NCBI GenBank assembly: GCA_951406725.2
Contig: OX597828.1
Span: 31,868,001-31,932,000, forward strand
Direction of reading: 5' to 3'
Length of the DNA stretch: 64,000 nucleotides
DNA from: Octopus vulgaris
Taxonomy: Eukaryota
Shown here piece after piece: positions 54,735 to 64,000 of the stretch; the first letter of the stretch is position 1; the number at the start of each line of letters is the position of its first letter. Under the pieces are notes generated by a model, which searched no databases, had not been told where the DNA came from, and saw nothing but the letters and a program-made list of their open reading frames with translations. Both the position numbers and the translations under genes were made by a program.

Positions 54735-54800
54735 TTATATATGTACATATATATATATATATGTGTGTGTGTGTGTACTATGTATGTGTTAGTGTGTGCG
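54280..54800. repeat. Compound (TA)n/(TG)n microsatellite field
   Basis: Directly visible. Confidence 0.93.
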
Positions 54801-55122
54801 TGAATATCTGCGTGTATGTGTATGCCTATAAACATGCATATCTATATTCCATACATAAGTACACACAAACAAAAATCATAATTCTAGATCTTTTTCTCCC
54901 TTTTGTTTTCCTCCACTTTGATCGTTCCCTTCAATTCTCCATATCGGGCTCTTATTACTAACTACATCTCCGTACTCTTTTTTTCATATAATACAACACC
55001 TTCCCCTTTCGAAGGAGTCCAATTTTAGAAACGCTTCAAGAACATATAAAAAAAAACCCTAATACATTTACATATCGCTCACTATTCGTAGTCAATTGTG
55101 CATACTATATCGACCCACATTC

Positions 55123-55165
<43 letters not shown>

Positions 55166-55269
55166 CATGTATGTATAAGAAGGAGAAAAAAGAAGGAATA
55201 TAACTTACACACAAAGACACATAGGCTCACGCACACACACGTGCAAACACACATACAGGTTATGAATAG

Positions 55270-55279
55270 ATAGATATAT

Positions 55280-55316
<37 letters not shown>

Positions 55317-55344
55317 TAGATAGATAGATAGATAGATAGGTAGG

Positions 55345-55437
<93 letters not shown>
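55270..55437. repeat. (TA)n-(TAGA)n array
   Basis: Directly visible. Confidence 0.95.
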
Positions 55438-55438
<1 letters not shown>

Positions 55439-56108
55439 CTTAGTTAGATATGCACACATTCACACACCTGTTGTCAGTGTCAGCGAACTGATTATAACCA
55501 ACTGTTTCTGAAATTCCTTCGTTCCTGAAAGACACACATGCATACGTATTCACCGATGGCATACACTCCTACACTCGTCATAGACATCCATACAAGCCTA
55601 TATACAATGATACAGGCATCCACATACAAAATTCCTCAACTATCATATGCACGCCTACGCGACCAGGCACGCACAGAATAGATTACTGCATCAAACATTA
55701 ACTTCGGTTTTTCCTCTTTCGACATGTTTTCCTTACTCCCCGCTCTTATGTTCACAGAGCATCAATCATACGTTCATTCTTTCTTTATTTTCTTTGTCTT
55801 CTCTTTTATCGCATCAAGTCAAGAACACGTTTTGTAGGAAAATAATCTATTGATTCTTGCCCATTACCATTAATATCTTCTCAGCAGTAACGTAGTTGAT
55901 CGTATGAGTGACATCAAAGCTTAGGCAGACACATTGAAAAAAAAAATGAATGGTTCGCTTGCAGAAAATATATTGCGAATGGGAAGTGTAATACTTTTCA
56001 TTATGTTTCCTACAACTATCATTTAGCTGGCTTCAAAAATAATAGGGAGGAATAATAACAAGCCAGAAGGAGGAAAACAGCATAGAAACAAATACATATA
56101 TGTAAATC

Positions 56109-56163
<55 letters not shown>

Positions 56164-56207
56164 GTGTGTGTAAATTTGTGAATGTATATTAGCGAGTGTG
56201 TTTAATA

Positions 56208-56250
<43 letters not shown>

Positions 56251-56306
56251 CTATCTTTTCCCATATATATATATATGCGTGTGTGTCTGTGTACGTATAT
56301 TTACAT

Positions 56307-56352
<46 letters not shown>

Positions 56353-56947
56353 CTCTATCTGTGTATATATATTTATTCACACATATCTATATATATTTAT
56401 AAATATATATGTGTGTATATATGAGTGTGAGTGTGTGTTGGTGACTCTATGTGTGTGCGTGTGTGTATGTGTGTGTAAACGATGCGAATTTGGGTCAAAC
56501 AGAGTGAGAGATTTTCAAATACAATAACTTCGATGGATGTACAGAAAAAACAAACGGATGTTCTACACCGATACAATACTAAAATGTGAAATATTTCAAT
56601 GAATATTTATATAAAATATTTTCTTCTTGTAGAAATAATATCACCTCTTACAAATAAAGGTTATCGTGACATAAGCGATGTTTACTGAAAAAAAAATATT
56701 AGCGACAGTTTTGCAAAAAGGAATGGATGAAAGGTAAACGACTCTTGTAATTGATTACATGTCTCTGTGAAAAGGCTAAGAAGCATGATTGATTTTTCTT
56801 TGCTTATCTGCAGACATTTTCATCCCTGAAGTACAAAGACAATCTTAGTGAATGCGCATCATTCCGACTAATTGTGTGTATGCATATAATGCAAGAAGCA
56901 CACATACACACATATTCACACACATACACACAAACACACACACACAC

Positions 56948-56991
<44 letters not shown>

Positions 56992-57216
56992 GTATCTAAC
57001 TATGCATACATAGATATGTGTGTGTGTTTATACAGATACATACATATATGTAGCAATATATATATATACGCATACATGTGTATATATTGAGGAGGGGTTA
57101 AAAGAGAGAAACAGAGTGGTATATTGACAGGTAGATTGATACTCATACCAAATATTAAGGTGTTCATATATATATATATATACGTGTGTGTCTGTGTGTG
57201 TGTGTGTCTGTGTGGG

Positions 57217-57398
57217 TATGCTCTTAAGTCTCTGTCTGGTCATAGAGTGACCAATGGTTTCGCATCCATAAAAGGTTCAGGGACATAGACGGTGACTTAG
57301 ACTCTATAAACATATAGCTGTTCGGCTTTAGAGTCTCAGCCCTTTAGGGAATCGAATCCTTTGGTCACTCTATGACCGGACATAGACTCAACTGCATA
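57217..57398. mobile_element. MITE-like element (~180 bp) with ~36-46 bp imperfect TIRs
   Basis: agtctctgtctggtcatagagtgaccaatggtttcg (57227-57262) vs cgaatcctttggtcactctatgaccggacatagact (57353-57388); inner agactcta/tagagtct hairpin. Confidence 0.8.
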
Positions 57399-57452
57399 TA
57401 ATTACATTACTGGTCTATGCTTTAAATGTGCTTCTTTTCGGGTATATAATAC

Positions 57453-57519
<67 letters not shown>

Positions 57520-58212
57520 CTACAGAGTTATTCATACATATGTGTATATGGAGGATGGAAGATTAAAAGGTAAGAAATGTCGAGAGTTGCATAGTTATTT
57601 AATTAATCTCCTCTGTCATGTCTAAAACGCTATCTTCATTATAGAGTTTATGGCAAATGGAGACAATTTCTTTCAAGTGTAAGGCGTAGTCATAATGGAG
57701 TTCGAAATTGAGAAATAGAAAACAAAACATTCTATTCTTGACAGACGTAGTGAACGTCACTTACAAGAATAATATATTAATTGTGCATTACAATAAAGGT
57801 TAAATTTTTAATTCTTCTTCTAGAAATATGCATATCTAATATGAATGATTGAAATATGGCGGCTGTAAAAGCAGAAAACGGCAAGTTAGGAAGTCTGAAT
57901 ATATGTACATTATCATATAGTACTACGATCATTTGGGAAAAGACAAAGAAGTTTGTGTGACGATCAATTTTGTTGGTTTTGAACAGCTTGATTCCAATAA
58001 AATATGAATCTAATTCAGTAAGCATAAAGAATGACGAGTCCGTCAGTTCTGTTCACGCAAAACCGCGCGCGCACCCACAAACTGACACATACACACACAC
58101 ACACGAACACAGACATACACGCACAGGTATATTATAAGTGTATATATGTATATATAATATATTTATGTATGAATGGATATTATATATATAGTTATATTTT
58201 CCTATCTATCCA

Positions 58213-58549
58213 TGAAGGCGCATGGCTCAGTAGTTGGAGCGTCGATCTTACGACCATCAGGCTGTGAGTTCGAATCCTGGACCGGGCTGCGTGTAGTGTT
58301 CTTGAGCAAGACACATTATTTCACGTTTCTGCAGTTCACTCAGTTGTAGAAATGAGTTGCGACGTCACTGATTCCAAGCTGTATCAGCCTTTGCCTTTCC
58401 CGTGGATAACATCGCTGACACGGAGAGGGGAAGCTGGTATGCATGATCGACTGCTGGTCTTCCATAAGTCACCTTACTCAGACTTGTGCCTCGGAGGTTA
58501 ATTTTCAAGGTGCAATCCCATGGTCAGTCAAAACCGAAGGGGGCTCCGA
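58213..58549 (+). mobile_element. tRNA-derived SINE family D with 11-bp TSD
   Basis: A-box tggctcagtagt, B-box gagttcgaatcc, then cttgagcaagacac; TSD ctatctatcca at 58202-58212 and 58550-58560. Confidence 0.9.
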
Positions 58550-58778
58550 CTATCTATCCACCTGTGTATAGATATAAAAAAATTTCGTAATGCGATAAAA
58601 AAAACCCGGTGTGTGTAGATTTTAGAATGTTAACAACGGAAAGTTGAACTATGTACATTTATGCTTCTTTCTTCTTCTTTCCTTACATCTTTTACTCCCT
58701 TCCTTAGGGATAAAACAAATGCGTATGGTTTAATGGTTTAGAAGATCAAATGAACGAAAGTTAAATGTATATATAAAC

Positions 58779-58828
<50 letters not shown>

Positions 58829-58832
<4 letters not shown>

Positions 58833-59040
58833 AATATGACCGCGTGTGTACCGTTGGCGATTCTTTTCATTCTGTCTTCCCTTCACTGGTTCTTTCCTTC
58901 TCCTATGTTTCCGACGAAGAGCTCCGCTCGAAACGTTGAACCCTCCTTCTTTCCTTATTTCATGAGCGTCCAATAATACTATATTTGTTCCACGTCCTCG
59001 CGTTGTTGTGTTTTTTTGTGCTTCCTTGTTTGGATTAACT
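58829..59040 (+). mobile_element. pLTR-like repeat family P1 with hammerhead-like motif at 58907-58941
   Basis: gttt-CCGACGA-a-gagc(tcc)gctc-GAAAC-GTT-gaac; (TA)n on both sides. Confidence 0.78.
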
Positions 59041-59052
59041 ATATATATATAT

Positions 59053-59140
59053 ACGGAGAACTCCCCCAAAAAACAAAAGGCGAAGACAGGTGGTGTAAAC
59101 AACAAATAAATGTATTAGCATAACGCTCGGGAAATAGAGA
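59053..59140 (-). mobile_element. pLTR-like repeat family P2 fragment
   Basis: Reverse complement matches ~34935-35018. Confidence 0.65.
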
Positions 59141-59149
59141 GATATACAA

Positions 59150-59273
<124 letters not shown>

Positions 59274-59342
59274 ATATATATATATAATTATATATGTGTG
59301 TATATATATACATATATATATATATATATTTAATATATTTAG

Positions 59343-59392
<50 letters not shown>

Positions 59393-60330
59393 GGAATATG
59401 TTAACGAGTGTGAGCGCGTAAGAAGCATTCAAATTGATAGGTACCGTGCGCATATGCAATAAGAGAATTTCTAATAATAGAAGTATTAAGATATCTCCAC
59501 AAAAATACCACCAATAGTCCAGTTCTACTATTTTTTTCTGTTTATTTTTTTTTGCGTTTTGTTGACCTATTTCCGAAATTATCAAATACTGCGTCGAGGC
59601 AGAAATTTGTGTTCTGCATATCTCCCTCGAACCGAATGTATATTGATCACAGAGCTCTTTTTCCCATTAATTGTCGATGGAACTAAAGGAACATTATTAC
59701 AATTATACATTACCGCTTAAAGCAAAAAATCACTGGTCATGTGTATGAATATAATAGAGGACGAAATAACTGGAATATGATTTGAATCTATGAAAACAGT
59801 TGGCGAAATTCATAAAAATCATTCCAAGTTTCTTTAAATTCTTGGTAAAATTAGAATAACTCTTTCCGAACATTAGTTGATCATTCAATGTGAAGAATTC
59901 AATAAACCAAAGCCACAAATTAGCGTATCATACTTTCATCGTATACCGTTTTTTAATTCTTTATTCTTAACTACGAAGAGAAGAAATAGTTTAACTTCCA
60001 GCAAAGTCAACCGAAGGAATGTATGAGATTTTTCATAATATCCCACAGTTTCTATACCCAAAGAAATCTATCATGGTTCCAAATTCACCGTTGACCATAT
60101 TCTATTTTATGTATGGATATATAGACTAAAGATATGTAGGAATGGCTATAAAATGTAAGTGGAAATAGCAATTACCATTGTTTATAAGAGAAAAGAAGAA
60201 ATAAACCATATTCAAATATGTTATGTACACAGCCACACCCAGAGAGATATATGTTCATCAATATTATCTGCTTGTTTACACACACACACACACACACTGA
60301 TGTTCACATAAACATAAATACTTTAATGCA

Positions 60331-60382
<52 letters not shown>

Positions 60383-60485
60383 CACATACACACATATATA
60401 TATATATATATATATGCATTAAAGTATAGATAGATAGATAGAAACATGCATATGGAAATATAGATAGAGATACAAATACACCCCC

Positions 60486-60540
<55 letters not shown>

Positions 60541-60552
60541 AGAGAGCTGGAT

Positions 60553-60589
<37 letters not shown>

Positions 60590-60881
60590 CATAGATAGAT
60601 ACATAGATAGATACATAGATAGATACATATATATACATATATACATATAAAATTATATAAATAAGGGTAAGAACGTTAATTAAAATGCCGGTCTTATCAG
60701 GTGGCCAGTGTGGGAATAAAAGCCTCAAGAATAATAATTATTACTAAAACTATAATTAAGGGCATCTAAGAGATACCACCATGCTAGATATAGCAACCAA
60801 TTCTTGACTCTAAATCCACATCAAATGTTCATAGTGCACCGGGAGAGAAGACAAATAAACTAGCAAAAAAATTACCTGCTA

Positions 60882-60940
60882 ATTCCAGATCCCGGATTTC
60901 TGGCTTTGCGTAAGAAATGCTTTACCTTCATCAGTGGAAT
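60882..60940 (-). ncRNA. Type I hammerhead ribozyme motif
   Basis: attcca-CTGATGA-a-gg...cc-a-GAA-ATCC-g-GGAT-C-tggaat: 6-bp stem I, near-palindromic stem III, AUC triplet; stem II is weak. Confidence 0.7.
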
Positions 60941-60961
60941 ATACTCTGATACCACATAAAT

Positions 60962-61081
<120 letters not shown>

Positions 61082-61276
61082 TTGTATATATGTATGCAAC
61101 ATACGAATACTTACATATATGGACGTATTCATACTTATATATGACCGTATGCACACGAACACTTGAATATGCCTGCCTAAATGTCCTCGTACGATATGCT
61201 CAAAATACCGCCGCAGTGAATATAATGACGATCGTATCAGGTGGCCAGGATTGGAATAAAAACCTCACAGGTAATG

Positions 61277-61334
<58 letters not shown>

Positions 61335-61344
61335 CATACATACA

Positions 61345-61376
<32 letters not shown>

Positions 61377-63704
61377 CATACATATTTTATACACACAGAC
61401 ACACACACAGATATCTATATATATATACATACATGCATATATATACATATATATATATGTGTGTGTGTCTGTGTGTGTGTATGTATGCATGTAATGATAT
61501 GGTTACGTTTGTGTATGTATTTTAATGTGTATTGTTCTCAACAGAGGAATATTTCTAATGGATTTGGAGAATTGATCTAATTTAGCCCATCACATTCAAT
61601 GTAAATAAAAGTAGATATCTGAATTGAAATGTTAAATTACCTTCACTTCTGATGTCTATCATTTATGACAATACGCATTGTTGAATGTTACGTGTAATAT
61701 TCTTTTACGTTAGACTCGCAAATATATTACTACAGTAGTATTCACTCAACAGCAGTTTCACCTGCAGCATTTTGACAATTTATCGATGAATTTCTACGAT
61801 ATACTTGATAATATTGGGCACACAATATCATTAAAATATAGTATATGCTATCACTATACTGTGAGTTTTAGTTTTGCATATTTTTATGGACGTATCGAGG
61901 CTAGGTCAACATATATTGTGAAATAAAGATTGATTTGTTTGATTTACGATGAAAATATGCTTCTGAAATTTCTTTCACGATCAATCATGAATTTCACCTA
62001 ACAACTTATTTACTTCTATGCCATGTAACACCGTCACTTATGGAAACCACCAACTGACTAACATACTGTGACATATAAGGGAAATATTACTCCAGCCAAA
62101 ATGTGATGATTTGTACCTAGTCGATAGTATCTATTAGAAATAACGGGAAATAATTTTTCACCGTATCTTACCGATTAAACATGAGTGAGGGGAAACATTA
62201 TTATTTCGAACAATAAGGAAATGATTAAATAATGAAGGGGTTTCATCAAAGACTGAATGTTCATCTTGAAGAGCTTTGATTAGTCAGGGCTGACCTAGGG
62301 ATAGACACCAAATAGAACAAGGCGACATTAGCAACAACAACAAAATCAACATTTATAACACGAACATTTACAACGTTTAATGTCAAAATGTCAGTTGTCA
62401 CTTTGTAAAGACTGTTCAAATAGTTTTCTACAAAGAAGCACAAAGACAATATAATTATTTTTTGCTGATTGACCTTTGAATTTCTTTTATATTGTATCCA
62501 AATTGTTATTTATTTCTCGTATGTTTTTTTTTTCTTTTACTGTAATTAAAAAATAGCAAAATGTTTATTCTGCGAAAAGAAAAAAAAAGAAAGCATTACC
62601 AAAATAACAAATTGATTGATTTGATTCTAATTTATAACTTTTGTCATAGCTACAACCAAACCATAAAATAATTCGGTGTTAATTCTTGTGGGGAATATAA
62701 TTAGTTTCCTCAATTAGATTCCTATTCTAATATACATTATTTTAATTATTACTTTTATGTCCATTAGTCGGTGGAAAATGTGATTCCATCGTATGTTCTT
62801 TCACTAACTTTAAATTAATTAATTGAAAATATTACTAATCGCCAGAGTAGCAGCAACAAAACATTTCAGTAATTGTGTAGTCTACTACTACCGCTACTAC
62901 TATTACTTTTACAACTACCAATACCATCACCTCTACTATTTGAAGTTATATAAGACCTACTAAAATTTCTTGCCACGTATATGGTAATTATTATTTACTT
63001 TCTTTCACTGAGACGAAGGTCAAAATAACAAAACAAGTAAAGACAAACACTAATAATAATGATAAGATTTCCATTAAAAATAATAATGATAATCGTAAGA
63101 AAACAGTATCCATTGTAGACTGTGAATTCATTATCCATATTTATACTTAATTCTTTACGAAACGCAGAAAACTATAGTCTTAAATATATTTTGTTATTAT
63201 GTCTGAATGATTTGTGACACTTTTCCATTATTTCTATTTCATAAATATTTCTCTCAGAAAAAAAGAAATATTCTAAAATCCCATACATTTCTTATTTCTC
63301 ATTCACTTATCTTATTAGTTAAAAATAAGTACATGTAACAGCCACATGTCAAAAGCAAGCGATTTTAGACCTGCTTATGTTAGAGCTATTCAGCTACCAA
63401 CTGAAGCATAATAGTAAAAGTGGTGGAAGGAAGTTAAGCGCTAGAGAGGAAATAGGTGAATGAGCACCAGAAATAAAAGAAATAATTTTCTTGATTTGAT
63501 CTAGATTTTATTTTATAATATTATCGAATTTTTCAAAGAGTTTATTTCTCGTTGCAACAGCTATGGCACCAACAAAATCAGCTGACGTGAAAAGTCATAG
63601 TGAAAGTAATAGCACAAAATACATAAAATATACAGAAAAAAATATGCCGACGATCTTGACGGTGGTTATTTGAACTTTAATATTCTTTCTTTCGGGAAAT
63701 TACA

Positions 63705-63990
<286 letters not shown>

Positions 63991-64000
63991 AAAAGGGTAA

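Noticed and set aside
63558-63673. Short ORF MAPTKSADVKSH... after an acceptor-like ttgcaacag
   Set aside because: Only 36 codons, no homology recognised and no supporting structure.

Overview
AT-rich, microsatellite-dense eukaryotic non-coding DNA with no host gene that I can support. The tRNA-headed SINE families and the (TA)n/(TAGA)n/(ATT)n content point to an octopus (coleoid cephalopod) genome; this is inference from repeat recognition. Nearly all supplied ORFs are microsatellite artefacts. The window contains about 20 SINE copies from 4 families (several with clear TSDs), a degenerate ~3.9 kb Penelope-like element (RT + C-terminal GIY-YIG, direct pLTRs), decayed CR1-like, RTE-like and R4/Dong-like LINE pieces, a Tc1/mariner remnant, a non-autonomous Helitron and several foldbacks. 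The main discovery is a dispersed set of unrelated short elements, mostly next to (TA)n tracts, each carrying a minimal type I hammerhead ribozyme fold (about 5.6, 22.3, 22.9/23.0, 27.8, 37.1, 58.9 and 60.9 kb). Four of them share an unusual A.A or U.U apposition at the base of stem II. One lies in an 81-bp palindrome whose only mismatch hits core nucleotide G5. All folds and alignments were done by eye.
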